A DNA stretch of 63,854 nucleotides, filler included, from Bigelowiella natans CCMP2755 (GCA_000320545.1; 9 parts of 9 records of this genome joined end to end with filler, not necessarily neighbours in it), one strand, 5' to 3'. Shown: positions 50,226 through 63,565, numbered from the whole stretch's first letter. The notes: generated by a model not told the origin, from the letters alone. Numbers and translations: made by a program.

Positions 50226-51078
50226 CTAGGTGAGCTAGATAGGTGCCAAGTCTAGAAAGAGAAGGAAGCTTGAAAAAAGTATGCAAGTGATGATGCATTG
50301 TGTGTGCGGTCTTGTCGTCTTTGCGTAACAAGGGTCTTTTTAGACAGAATCAGCTAGCCAGGGAATGCATGCTAGCATGCTGGCACGCGAAAATCTGGCA
50401 TTGCTAGATTGCAGCGATGCGATGTTTGGCCCAGCGAACATTGCATGCTAGATTGTGGAAGTCAAGTCTCTCTCTAGCTCTGATCAGCAACGTCCCCCAC
50501 CGCTTCCTCTGTCCTTCTTCTTGATTTTTGTAGTCAACCTGCCTACAAGAAGAATCGAGCAAGTGAATTCGCTGATCTAGCGATGATTAGCCTATTACAC
50601 AGAGCGCATTGCAGCGGGTTTTCATTTGTTGCCACGGATTGTCAAATCATTCAACACATGGTGACTGTGTGATGCGGTCGTCTAGCAGCGATATGTACAG
50701 TGACGACTGAATCTTCTAGTCTTGAAATTGTGATTTTGTGCATCATGCTGGACCAGCTTTTGAATGCACACTACTACTAGACTAGTGGCATGCTAATGCT
50801 AGCATGGCTAGTTGGAGCGCATGGCAGCAGCAACAAACTGATCTAGAGATGCAACATGCATGAGCGGTGTCTGCGCATGCTAGCTAGATCGCATAGCTCT
50901 AGGACTACATCTAGCTAGCTACACATTGCTAGATCTAGAGATTAGAATAATCGTTGAAAATGTTTGTTCCACTCGGTGCATCTGCATGCTAGCTAGCTAG
51001 CATGTTTGCTAGCTCGTGAAGTTGCAGTAGTACTAGCTAGCTAGAGTTGCGTGCATACATGCACATCTAGCTAGACAT
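50226..51078. other. Dense cluster of XXXX-(CTAG)n-XXXX scars in the convergent intergenic region
   Basis: About 30 CTAG in 860 bp; 8 exact 4-bp flanking duplications plus several 3/4 matches. Confidence 0.92.
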
Positions 51079-51312
51079 GCACATGCCAAACCAGCAAAAC
51101 ATCCAAAAAATGTTGAATAAAACCCTTCTACTACAACTACTACTACTACTGCTACTACCACTACTACTGCCACTACTACTGCCACCACAATCACACCACT
51201 TCACTAGGAGACCAACAGATTCAGCATTAGCGCTGAAGCCGCTGCATTGCACTGCTACATGAGGATGGATGACCATTGGACAATTTTAATTTGATTGATT
51301 ACATCCGTTTTA

Positions 51313-51585
51313 CTAGCACTTCGAGAATGGTGCCGCAACTGGCTCGCCAAACTTAGCATGGTGCCACGCATCATACGCATCATACACCGGGCGAATGGTG
51401 AGGTGATGGAGGTAGTTCTCGCAGCCGTAGCACCAGAAGGACAGGTCTCCTAGGCACATTGCAATCTTGTGCCCTTTCTCATTTGCATACTTCAGCATGC
51501 ACGCCTTCGCGTAGCGCCCGCAAAATATCTCCTTGGTGGCTGATGTGATTGCAGTGTTGGGTGATATAATTAAAAATATAATATT

Positions 51586-51631
<46 letters not shown>

Positions 51632-52158
51632 CATGTTTATGTTTACGTGCGTGTGTGTGTGTGTGCGCGCGTGTAAATATATGTACTGATATTGATACAC
51701 GTACAATTTCTTTAAAGTTTATTTAGAAACTGTGTGTGCGTGTGTGTGCGCGTGTGTGTCAGACGAAGTTTAAGTCATCCTGATGGTCTCTCGGCGTTTT
51801 CGCTACGTCAAGAGGCATGTCGCATGAGTTGTAGCTAGATGGGCGAGTCGTCGCTAATCAATGCTCTGAAGCTTGGTAGTAGTACCCATACACACCCACA
51901 GGTCCTTTTCCTCACAGTGACCGCACTTTTGGCACTTGAGATCCTGATATAGCAGCTTCGCCTCCGACGGGTTTATCTGCGGGTGATGAAGTTGGCAGAA
52001 CGGTAAGTATGGCTTCTGTGCCTCGCTGCTGCTACGAGAGATCCTAGCCCCCCCCCCCCCCCGAATCGAACAGATATATGATATAGTGATAAAAAAGATA
52101 ATATGTAGTAAAATAATGAAGGAAAGAATGAAAGCTGTAGGCTAATATGAACCCTTTC

Positions 52159-52199
<41 letters not shown>

Positions 52200-52966
52200 T
52201 TATATATATTGAAAAAAAAAAAAAACATTTTTTGCCAACGGTGATGCTTGCTATGACGCTCAGAGCACGAAGCTGCTAGCCTCAGGATTCAAAAACCGTC
52301 GTCACCCCCCTCTTCCCCCCACCCCCCCCAAGTGCTCTAGGGCGTGCACACAGAAACGCGCTGCGAAGACGACCTCGAGGTCGTCTTCGCGGAAAAAGTC
52401 TCCACCTTTGCAATGTTAGTGATAGCATGCACACACGAGTGTAATGCGGGGGCATAGCCACCGATATCACCAGAAGACGAGATGTCATTAATGCAGCCAG
52501 CGCCGGCATCGTCCACCTCCATCTTCTTCTTGCTGGCCTTGCCTTCCTCCTCTGCTCCGCAGCTGCTGGCGACGTCTCCCTTCTGCCCTTTCACTTCCCT
52601 CTTGCTACCTGCCTTCACCGCATCTCTAGGGGACGAGGAGGGCCCCGCCTCCTTTGCAGCAGCAGCTGCTGCTGCTGCTGCTTTGTATAACTTATATGCT
52701 CGGAGAGCGATGGATCCCCCCCCATCCCATTGCTCAACAGCTTTTATCCATGCCTTCGGAATGGCCTCAAGCCCGTAGATTGCTCCTGCAAGCTGCCCGA
52801 CTACAGCACACACGGAGTTGGAGTCGCCTCGCATGTTCGCGCAGTAGAGCATGGCCTCTTACGGGGCGCGTTTAAAGGAGGGAGGGGGGGGGGTGGAGAG
52901 GTGGGGAATAGTGTGTGCATGTGCGCGTGAGTATGTGTATAGGAGGGAGGGAGAGGGGGAAAGAGA

Positions 52967-53001
<35 letters not shown>

Positions 53002-53418
53002 TAATATGCGCTTGAACTTCGCCGCGAAGAAAACCAAGTAATCGGTAGTTTCTGCTTCACTCCATTTTCCCCATCACCTCCTCCCCCCACTCCTAGTCCT
53101 CCTCCGCGAGGGCTACACCCTACCTTGGCCGAGGAGGTGTGGTAGATGCAGTGCAGGCTCATGGAAAGATTGTCCATTGCGTACGATCCCACGTAGCCGG
53201 GCATTTGGTAGGCGCGACCGGGCGCGTATTTAAAATCCTTCTCCTTCCAAGTCCTGGGGAGGGGAGCGAGGAGACCGAAGTCAATGATGACAGGAAAGAG
53301 GAGAGGGGGGGGGGGGGGGGGGGTTAGGCGGGGTTGCTGTTATTATTTGATGTTTCAGTACCGAGAGCTAATTAAGTCCGGTCTTTACATAATTCATGTG
53401 TGTGTGTATATATATGTA

Positions 53419-53459
<41 letters not shown>

Positions 53460-53651
53460 GTGTGTGTATGTGTGTGTATGTGTGTGTGTTGTTGCTGTGT
53501 ATATGCATAATTACCAATTTCGGTCTGTAAGATCCAGGTCCTCATTGGCCGTGCATCGCTCTTCCTTCTTCCCCGCTGCAAGGCAGGTCACGCTGTAGAG
53601 CTCCGAGGTGAAGGTTGAGGGGAGAGAATCTAGAAGCTTCTTCGCATCAAC
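51313..53651 (-). CDS. ADP-ribosylglycohydrolase-family protein with probable C-terminal ZnF-UBP domain; 5' half not found
   Basis: PGYVGSYAMDNLSMSLHCIYHTSS, NMRGDSNSVCAVVGQLAGAIYGLEAIPKAW; then KCQKCGHCEEKDLW, IFCGRY, GHKIAMCLGDLSFWCYGCENY...KFGE. Confidence 0.75.
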
Positions 53652-53899
53652 CTGCTTTCAGGAAGAAGACCCGATAACAACAACCAGGGTAGATACCAAC
53701 AGTAAAAGTGAGCCGCAGAGTCATTCTTGCTTTTTGAACGCCATCGTTTGAGGAGGAGGAGGAGGAGGAAGAGGAGGGGGAAGAGGGGGATGGAGGGGGA
53801 GGAGGAAGAGAAGTGCTGCCCCCCTCTTCTCTCTGCATTGAACAACTTCTCCAGTGTCCTCGTCTCCCTGAACGTCACTTCTGCTTGGGGAGCGGGGGA

Positions 53900-54244
53900 A
53901 AAGTATCTACGACTTGTTGGCTATGCGGTGTTCATCGCCGGCTTCCGATATAACGACGGGGAGTCCACCCAGTACATGGGCACACAGCGTGCGGGAGACG
54001 TGATCGATGTCCATCTTGACATGGACTCGCGCACGATGCGCTTCAGCCTAAACGGCGTCGACTGCGGCCCCGCATTCACCGACCTTCCTGAGTCCGTCCG
54101 CCCGGCGATTTCAATGCAATTCGCTGAGACATCGTGCCACGTGCTCAGCAACCTCGACGCGAAGACGGAACAAGAGAACAGGGCGAAAATCCATCGAGGA
54201 GGAGATCGACACTATCATGTTCGAGCAAAAAGGGGACTTGGAAG
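53900..54244 (+). CDS. SPRY-domain exon, partial
   Basis: GDVIDVHLDMDSRTMRFSLNGVDCGPAFTDLPESVRPAISM matches the SPRY consensus. Confidence 0.8.
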
Positions 54245-54344
54245 NNNNNNNNNNNNNNNNNNNNNNNNNNNNNNNNNNNNNNNNNNNNTTAATTAATTAA
54301 NNNNNNNNNNNNNNNNNNNNNNNNNNNNNNNNNNNNNNNNNNNN
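54245..54344. other. Artificial contig-joining linker
   Basis: 44 N + TTAATTAATTAA + 44 N. Confidence 0.98.
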
Positions 54345-54559
54345 AATGAGATGTCGCGGGGAAACTAAGGGGTAAGAGGAGGATTTCCATATCGAGAGAA
54401 AGATCCGGAGATCCATTGAGGGGGACAGGATGGTCTTTGAGAGGACGGTGAGGCAGTTGGCAGACACTTGGCGATGATACAGTCGACGCAGAGAAAGGGG
54501 GGATGATCAGAGCGAATGAAAAGAAGAAGAAGAAAAAGAAGAGGAGGCCTCGGGGCGTC

Positions 54560-54967
54560 TGGGAGACTGTGACCGAGCCTGTACTGTCAGCTATTCCGCT
54601 GAGCATGTAATTGTTTAATGGTAAGTCCTCCCCCTCCACTCCTATCATACGTTACCGTTTGCGGATTTGTGTTTAGCTACTAGACAGTGAGCACATATAC
54701 GAAGGAGGTGGTGGAAGTACAGTGATAAGGTAGGCTTGCTACTTCGGAGCTTTGCTAACGTGGTTTATTCGACTCGCAACTTCAGCGTAAGAGTATCCAC
54801 TCTTCTCCCACGCTTCCACGTTCCTTGTGGGCGCCAATGCCTCTTTCTTTCGGGGAGGAGGTGCGGCCCACCTCGCTTCCAATCAAATGCCCCCTCGCTG
54901 TAGAAGGTCCGGAAGATCTTGGATTATACACCACACCACACATGTGCACCAATACACATATAGAGAG

Positions 54968-55009
<42 letters not shown>

Positions 55010-55576
55010 ATATATATATCAATATATATATCTATATATATATATCTATATACAAATATAATTACTACTTTCACACGCAAAACGTGTATATTCCTATCGA
55101 TCTGCCATACGGCGTATCATCTAACACGAGTCGTGTCGCATTCATTCCAAGAGAATACTAGCAGACTCGCGCTCCGCCGTACTAGCCCACTACCTGGCTC
55201 TGCCTTCAAGACCCTGTCATACACGACGTCGGAGGGATGCGCGACGAAAGCCGCGATGCCCCCAGCCATTGCCGATGAGATCGAAGCTACGGCCTGAGGA
55301 GAAACACAACGCAAGACGCAATACACGCACCCAAAGTACACACACAAATCAATATAATAGCACATCATATTACCTTTTACAGTAGTGTACACATACACAC
55401 ACAGTGCACACGCTCGCGCGCGCGCACGCACACACAATATCCCTTTTCTTCATCCGAAACACATCTCACCGTGCCATATACTTGGCCCGAATCCTGGCTG
55501 GCAGTGTAGTACTCGATAGTCCCTTGAATCAAGCTGTACAGCGGCATGAAAGCGAGCTGCCGGAAAGCCTGTACGC

Positions 55577-55650
<74 letters not shown>

Positions 55651-55835
55651 GACGACACACACACACACACACGCACACACACACACACACGCACACAACT
55701 ATTATGCTTTTAGGGTTATTCATTAAACGGCAGTTTCAACTCTCGAGTGCGGAGTGGAAAGGCACACTAAAAACACACACACACACACACTCTCGCGCAC
55801 ACACACACACATACACAACAAATGAGAGACTTTTG

Positions 55836-55875
<40 letters not shown>

Positions 55876-56354
55876 AAAGAGAGATCGTCAAAACAAAAGC
55901 CACTCCTACCCACCTCTGGGCCGAAGCCAGCAAGAAACCCAGGGAGGCCATACTTTCTCCAGATAAACTCTGCAGCTTCCTTCACCGTCATCTTGTCCGC
56001 ATCGCACCGCCGCTTGATCGCTTGGAGCGGCGTTTGCAGCGTCGCATAGGGAATGACCGATACGAGACCCGCAAACACGTCCATCATAATGAGCTGTGTA
56101 AAAAAATGAAGAAGCAGCAGTAGTAGGAGCGGGTGATGGTGGAAGGAGAAGGCGTTATTGATGGCGTTGGAATAGTTTGTGGTGAAAATAGTAGTCACAG
56201 GTGATGTGGAAGGTGCTCAACCGAAACCTACTTGTGAGTATTGTTTTGTTGTTTGTGCGTGTGTGCGTGTGTGTGTGTGTGTGTGCGTGCGTGTGTGCGT
56301 GAAAGAGCATCGTTATGGGCAGTCAAAGAGCAATCGTCGCCAGGTTTTAATACA

Positions 56355-56392
<38 letters not shown>

Positions 56393-56690
56393 TGATATGC
56401 TATATAGATATATCTTATCACGCACGCGTGAGCACACTAGTAGCATTCCCACAAGCACAAAGCAAGTAAGTAGCCTCTTTTCTCGCCACACCATCATCTT
56501 CACCCACCCCCCTCACCATCACCATCGTCATCATCGACTTAATACGCGCGCTGAAAATACCTGGAACCCCTGCAGCTGGAGCGTGTTGGCGAGATACGCC
56601 GAGAGTTGGTAGTAGATGTACATTTGGACCATATTCGGTATCTGGAAGAACAGCTTCGTTCCCGCCCACTTGGAGAATCTTGGGTTAGGC
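54560..56690 (-). CDS. Mitochondrial carrier (SLC25) family protein, multi-exon, ends uncertain
   Basis: Signature-like TPLQAIKRR and HPSDVVYDR; IWRKYGLPGFLAGFG; AMAGGIAAFVA. Confidence 0.62.
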
Positions 56691-56734
56691 CGAGCGCAGC
56701 GAGGCGGGGGGAGGGGCAGGGTGAGGGAGGGGGC

Positions 56735-56793
<59 letters not shown>

Positions 56794-56850
56794 TGAAATA
56801 ATTATTATTTCGATTTTTTTTCCATACAAATATTCAATTTATATTATATT

Positions 56851-56881
<31 letters not shown>

Positions 56882-57022
56882 CGATTGTAGCAAGATGATC
56901 CGTTCGGATGGCTTGCGTACTACTAGAACAGCAGCAGCTAAACAGCAAGACTCGTTTGCTGACTGATACACCTGGACATGACTTTCACTGGAACTTTCAC
57001 AACTCGCCACCGAGGAATACCC

Positions 57023-57057
<35 letters not shown>

Positions 57058-57160
57058 TACACAGAGGGAAAGAGAGAAAGAGAGGTATATATTATGACAC
57101 ATAAGTTCTAATCGTCACATACACACGCGCCGAAAGAGAAAAGGCGAGAGACAGAGAGAG

Positions 57161-57209
<49 letters not shown>

Positions 57210-57216
57210 AGAGATG

Positions 57217-57256
<40 letters not shown>

Positions 57257-57426
57257 CATAATTTCTAATCATCCCATCGGCCACTTGCGCACCTTTATAA
57301 GCTTGATAAGCCTACCAATGATATCTCCTATATCCGAAAATTGCACGCCGCCGCACATTCCTACCCAAGTTGGAGAAGAAATACCAAGACCCCGCAGTTA
57401 GTGACGATATAACATAAACACACACA

Positions 57427-57483
<57 letters not shown>

Positions 57484-57515
57484 GGTATATCAAGCTGCTA
57501 TATACACATACACAG

Positions 57516-57543
<28 letters not shown>

Positions 57544-57547
<4 letters not shown>

Positions 57548-57800
57548 CTATATGAATACATTATTAACAAAAAAAAACAAATCAAACTACCATCCATTCC
57601 ACAGGCCCATCCTCTTCGCCGCCGGCGCCTCTTGCCGCTCCCAACGCCGTTGTCATCAAAATCCCCATCTTCAGGGATATCAACCTCCATTGAAAGGAGC
57701 CTTCTTCCGTGATTAAGCGCTGCCTCCTCACTCGAGGAGGCATTTTTCTCTCCTCCCCGGCTCTGGCCATAGCTGTAAGAAGCAAGGAGCAGTAGCAGCA

Positions 57801-57839
<39 letters not shown>

Positions 57840-57957
57840 CGTGCGTGAGTAGGAGCGATGTTATTAGTAATAACGACGATAAGTATCATACCCAAAAAAA
57901 AAAATATCAAATATACATAATGTATATGCACATATTGTGGAGAGTAAGATATTCAAA

Positions 57958-57993
<36 letters not shown>

Positions 57994-58851
57994 AATATAT
58001 TCATATAATATACAACGCGTGTACGGCATTTTCATATGTGTGTCGGGGGAAAAAGGCGCGCGCTTTAGAAATGTCAGTACAGCACATCGTAAGAGCTTTC
58101 TCAAGGGCCTGGAGATCTTCCTCAAGAGCACGCATTTCCTCCTCCTCGGTCGCACCTGCATGTAGTATAATAAACCGTGTCAATCTCCGTTTCAGATCAT
58201 CATCATCGTCATCCTCCTCGTCCTCCTCCTCCTCATCATCATCGTTGGGGAGAGAAAGGCTCACCTTCAAACTCAACCGAACAGCAGGAGAACCCCGTGG
58301 GCTTAGCGCTACAGCTGTCCTTCGATTTCTTCGCGGGGTTCCGGAAGAAAGCGCCGGGGACATTGCTGATCCTCTGCGTATTCAAAGAGCACTGCTGCCG
58401 CGAGCTGCTACCGCCGTCTTTCGAGGGGGGGGCGAAGTCGCGCGCAATTTTCCTCCCAAAAGCCTTGACGGGGTCCTCGGTGATGATTGACACGACGTGT
58501 GGTTTGGGTTTCTCGAAGAGAGGCGTGTTAAGTGATATGTTGGCCACGCCGCCGCTCAGGATGTAAGCCGCGCGGGAGATCTGGTGATGGAAAAAGGAAA
58601 GGGGGGGGGGGGGATGCACAGAGCGCATCCGTATCGTTAGGGTTTCCCCAAACGGACAAAGACGGGAAAACAATCTCTAAAAGCCAACGGAAGAAGCTCA
58701 TCAGCTCCACACTGCGCAGGTTGCGAACGTGTATGCTGACGGTCTTAGTTGTCTCTTTCCTTGCCTTTCCCTTCCTACCCGCGGCCATGGCGATGAGCTG
58801 TTTGCGCGTCCTATCCAGGAATAAGAGTGGGAGAAGGTTACGCTTCGGGCA
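57544..58851 (-). CDS. Unidentified minus-strand exons
   Basis: Exon-like ORFs such as LKRRLTRFIILHAGATEEEEMRALEEDLQALEKAL; family unknown. Confidence 0.35.
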
Positions 58852-58951
58852 NNNNNNNNNNNNNNNNNNNNNNNNNNNNNNNNNNNNNNNNNNNNTTAAT
58901 TAATTAANNNNNNNNNNNNNNNNNNNNNNNNNNNNNNNNNNNNNNNNNNNN
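58852..58951. other. Artificial contig-joining linker
   Basis: 44 N + TTAATTAATTAA + 44 N. Confidence 0.98.
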
Positions 58952-58965
58952 TTGCTCGTGTTATC

Positions 58966-59016
<51 letters not shown>

Positions 59017-59083
59017 GACAGAGAGAGAGAGAGACAGAGAGAGTGTGCGTGTGTGTTTTCTCTCTCTCTCTCTCTCTCTCACA

Positions 59084-59232
<149 letters not shown>

Positions 59233-59408
59233 TATATAAATTTTAAAAAAAATCAATGCAATAAATGATGGAAGACGAAAGCGGCGATTGAGGCTAAGAA
59301 GATAAGGCTCTGGATTGGGATGAGAGTGGGGAGGCGATGAGAAGAGAGGGAGGGGGAGCGAGAAAGGAAATAATGGTTTGGAAAAGGTAAGGACTGATTG
59401 GAAAGGAC

Positions 59409-59582
59409 CTTTGCTAGTGCAATGTCCATTGCGTCGTTGATGGCAGTGAAGAGATTCATAGTCCTTGTCTTTGCCACGCTAGCCTCCAACTTCGCCCTCA
59501 TCTCTGAGCTGAAGCAGCGCATAACAGATGGAGTGCGACATCCTAATGCGTGATTCGACGATTTGCAAGCACGGCGGATCAT
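59409..59582 (-). CDS. BCKDHB: Branched-chain alpha-keto acid dehydrogenase E1 beta, first exon
   Basis: Presequence-like MIRRACK... then TMNLFTAINDAMDIALAK (BCKDHB-type, not PDHB-type), followed by a GT donor. Confidence 0.8.
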
Positions 59583-60362
59583 TGTCCCGGGTTTCACAGA
59601 GAGAGCCTGCGAAATTCCTTCCTTCGCTGCCCCCCTCTACGATGTGCCTGGATACGCAAATTATCAAATTCCGACCATCTTACTAATATTTCTTCCAATT
59701 GTCAAGTATATCTATCCCTTTCTACTTTCCGATACCCCCCACCCTCTTCCCCCCTTAGGGAATGCCCCAACCCTAGCTTAACGTTCTCACTGTTCGGGCT
59801 CGAGCACACGAGAGACTTTCAGAGGAAGCGCAACCAAAATTGAATTATATTCAGAACGTACGGTATTTAATCCCTGCGACAACCTGTAAATTATGGTACT
59901 GGGAAAACCCGCCCTCGATCGCCATTCCTTCGCGGAAGACTGTAGACGTCTGTCGGAAGCGGGGAAGCGGACAGATATCTGGTCGGAGGATACATGGATC
60001 GACAAGGGACCACTGGATATATTCTCTACGACATGACCAATTGCCATGTCGCAGCATGAAAACCAGATCATCTGCGTCCTGATGGTAGGAAGGATACCCT
60101 TCTTTCTCGGTACTTCTCCACGTGGGGTATATGGGGTATCATCAAGCCGATTTCTGTGATATCTCCGTTTTCGTCCTTGTCGCTTGTGGTAAATCAATGG
60201 CGTTTGATCTGTCGAAGAAGATCTGGCTTTTTCGGGTGAGAGAAAAGTGAGATCTTCGGAGGGGCAACACAGCTGCTTTGAACACAGAGCACAACCAGGG
60301 GGGGAGAGCGCTGCCTGCAGGGAGTCGTCCGAATACTGTGGGCCGTGGAAAAGGCGATCTGA

Positions 60363-61658
60363 ATGATGAAGCTAATCGCGCGTCGTAGCTTAAGACTGCA
60401 GTCTCTTCGCAGGTAGCAGGAGAACCTCCGTTTGAGATAATGGATGTCGGTGCTTGCTGCTCTCTGATAGGGGGGAAATGTCTGAAGAGCTGAGTCCAAG
60501 GACCAATGACTCCATTATTCCACATGATATAAATAAACGTTTTTGTGTGATTGTGTGTCCTGGGCCTCTGCCTTCGAAGCCTCATTCTTGTTTGTCACTC
60601 CATTTGGGGCGGGGAAATGTACAAATCTGACCTGGAGGAGGAATGCTGTTGAGCTCTCACTGATCTCTTCCTTTCTTAGGGCCACAAATTTATACGGTTC
60701 TAGCTGCTCTTTTGCCCAGGCAGCTCGTTCTCTGTCATCAAGAGTCGAAGAGCAGCACACCCCTCATCCTAGTAATGGCCTCGAGACTGCAAACACACTT
60801 GGAGAGGTTAAGCAGCAGCAGCGACAGCCGGGATTTGTAACGGAGCTCTTCCATGTAGACACAACACAGGTGGCTAAAACCTCAGGGCTTGATGAAAAAA
60901 ATAAAATACGTCATTCGAAGTATCTATGTTAACATTTGTATGTCGCGCACACCTGGTGATAAAGGGATGGATTTGGTGTTGTTGCAGGAGCCATTGATTC
61001 CTTCCTTTCGAATCCTCGACGAAAAGGGAAAGGTGCTCACATCTAAGCGGGAGTTTGAACTGGCAGATGACGACATTCTGTCAATGTACAGGACGATGTC
61101 CCAGGTACGTCGTTACATTAACGATGATGCAGGCGTGACCGTTCGAGGACTCATGCTTCCAGATTTCACCCCAAAGTTTACCTTTTTTTTTTTCTTTTAA
61201 AAAAGAAGAAAGGAAGGTATCATTCTCTATTTTCTTTCTTTCTATGCTATTGCTTAGGTACAGGCCATCGACCATATCTTCATGCAAGCGCAGCGGCATG
61301 GAAGAATATCGTTCCACATGCAGAATGCGGGTGAAGAGGGGCTTCAGGTGTTGTGAGTGTGTGTGTGTGTGTGTGCCAAAAGTAATCACTTCGTTCTTCT
61401 TCCTGCTATCGACTCTAAGCTTGAGCAGAAATGCATATTATTTGTGCCAAGAAATGATGAGCCAACACACATCATATTCGTGCTGAGAAATGGAAAAATA
61501 TGAATCACGCGTCGGTTTTGGTGTGTTCACGTGTGTTGTGTGTGTGTGTTATGTGTGAGTAGGTTGGGAGCGCTGCCGCACTTTAGCTCTAAGGACCACG
61601 TATATTCCCAATATCGTGAGCTTGGCGTCCTTCTTATGGAGGGGTTTCGATGTGCAGC

Positions 61659-61697
<39 letters not shown>

Positions 61698-62535
61698 TGT
61701 TTAGTGTTGGTTGCACTTGTCCCTCCTCCTCTTACTTTAAGAGGAATTACTACCATTGATGTTATATGTTATTATTGATGCCATTGGCGATCGATCTGAT
61801 CGAAATCTATCAGATTGCACACCAATGTACTTCTAACATGAACGACCTCGGAAAGGGACGCCAAATGCCAATGCATTTCGGGTGGGGCCGCTTGTCTCTT
61901 TTGATTGTTGACCATAGTATAATGGAACTGTGAGAAAGATGCAGCGGGGCGGGGCGTGAGGGAATCGGCTTTTTATCTCTCATCCACTATCTTACCGATT
62001 TCCTGACGATGTGTCGCACCTGATAATGATACAGCTCTCAAGCCTTAAACCTTCACACCATCTCATCACCGTTGGCCACGCAGCTTCCCCAGGTTCTTGG
62101 AAACGAATAGTCATCATGTTTGTGCTCCTTCCGCAGCAGCAGCAGCAGCAGCAGTGGGCAATGCCAGAGGGCAGTCCACGCATAAAAGCACATGCATACA
62201 AATGGCATCATGATATCATCAAAAAGGCTAATCACACACTATCACACACCGAACCACGATTTCAAATTACCATTCAAAACATAGGAGCCTTCGCCAATCC
62301 ATCTTCCTCCCCCCCATCCCCGCCTCATCCTCCGTTCCATCTTGTCTCTGTATCAATAATCACCCCCCCCCCTCGAAGGCAAGCGGAACCGCGTATGCGC
62401 TGAAGAGGAGAGGGGAGGACGCATGTGTCGTGTGCTACTTCGGTGACGGAGCCGCGAGCGAGGGCGATTTCCATGCTGCGCTAAATTTTGCATCAACGCT
62501 AGAATGCCCCGTCATCTTCTTCTGCAGGAACAACG
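60363..62535 (+). CDS. BCKDHA: Branched-chain alpha-keto acid dehydrogenase E1 alpha, truncated by gap; two 1-nt insertions in exon 61563-61660
   Basis: Presequence [17 protein letters not shown]; [18 protein letters not shown]; [13 protein letters not shown]; [13 protein letters not shown]; [20 protein letters not shown]...FFCRNNG. Confidence 0.93.
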
Positions 62536-62599
62536 GTAACAATCAATACGCTATACTTCCTCAGTGATGGATGAGGCGGGGGGGGGGGGGGGGGGTTAG

Positions 62600-62699
62600 N
62601 NNNNNNNNNNNNNNNNNNNNNNNNNNNNNNNNNNNNNNNNNNNTTAATTAATTAANNNNNNNNNNNNNNNNNNNNNNNNNNNNNNNNNNNNNNNNNNNN
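62600..62699. other. Artificial contig-joining linker
   Basis: 44 N + TTAATTAATTAA + 44 N. Confidence 0.98.
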
Positions 62700-62765
62700 G
62701 GGGGTGGAGGGGGAGAAGGGAAGAGCGGAGAAACCAGCAAATCAGCATATGACCCATTTTTTAAG

Positions 62766-62801
<36 letters not shown>

Positions 62802-62916
62802 ATATATGGAATTATGTATATAACATACTCTCGAGCTAACAATTACTACTCATTTTTCTTTGTCTCCTTCTTCGGGCTACTATTTCTACTACTCCTCCCC
62901 CCCGCCCCCCCCCTAC

Positions 62917-63528
62917 CTTGAGATTTATCGACGCGCTCAGAAAGTGAAACGCGGAGGCATACTGCTTCGTGCACAGGTGAACGAGACCGAGGTTATAGGC
63001 GATTATCCACTCGAATGAGTCAAGATACAGGGCGCGCTTGAGGCACGAGATGGAGGCCATATACTTGCCTTTGGAAGAGATCGATTGCAGACACAACAAC
63101 AACAACATCAACTACAATGACAATGACGACGACGACGGCAGATACTTTGATTTAAGCCAATGGCCACTAGGAATACTAAAGCCATTGTTCCTGGGAACCA
63201 TGAGGCCATCGATGAGACGATCGACGAATCAAGAGGAAGAAGATGACGACAGAGATATTTCATCATCTTCTTCACCATCTTCTTCTTTCTCCTACACGCA
63301 CGCATTCACGCAGGGAAGGCAGCACCTTTTCCGAAGAAGCACATTCCGATGTTGTTCCAAAGCTGGGCCGACATTGGCGTCTGAGGATGGGTGGCCGATG
63401 ACGGGGGGGGGGGGGACCATTTAGTTGCAATATTTGATTGATTGATAGAGGGAGAGATGTGAGCAATCAAAATATAAGTAGTGATCTGAATACATATAAA
63501 TAAATAAAAATAAATAAATAAATATGTG

Positions 63529-63565
<37 letters not shown>

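Noticed and set aside
59787-60760. Minus-strand ORFs between BCKDHB and BCKDHA as a third gene
   Set aside because: Largely antisense to BCKDHA exon 1, intron 1 and exon 2; no recognisable motif
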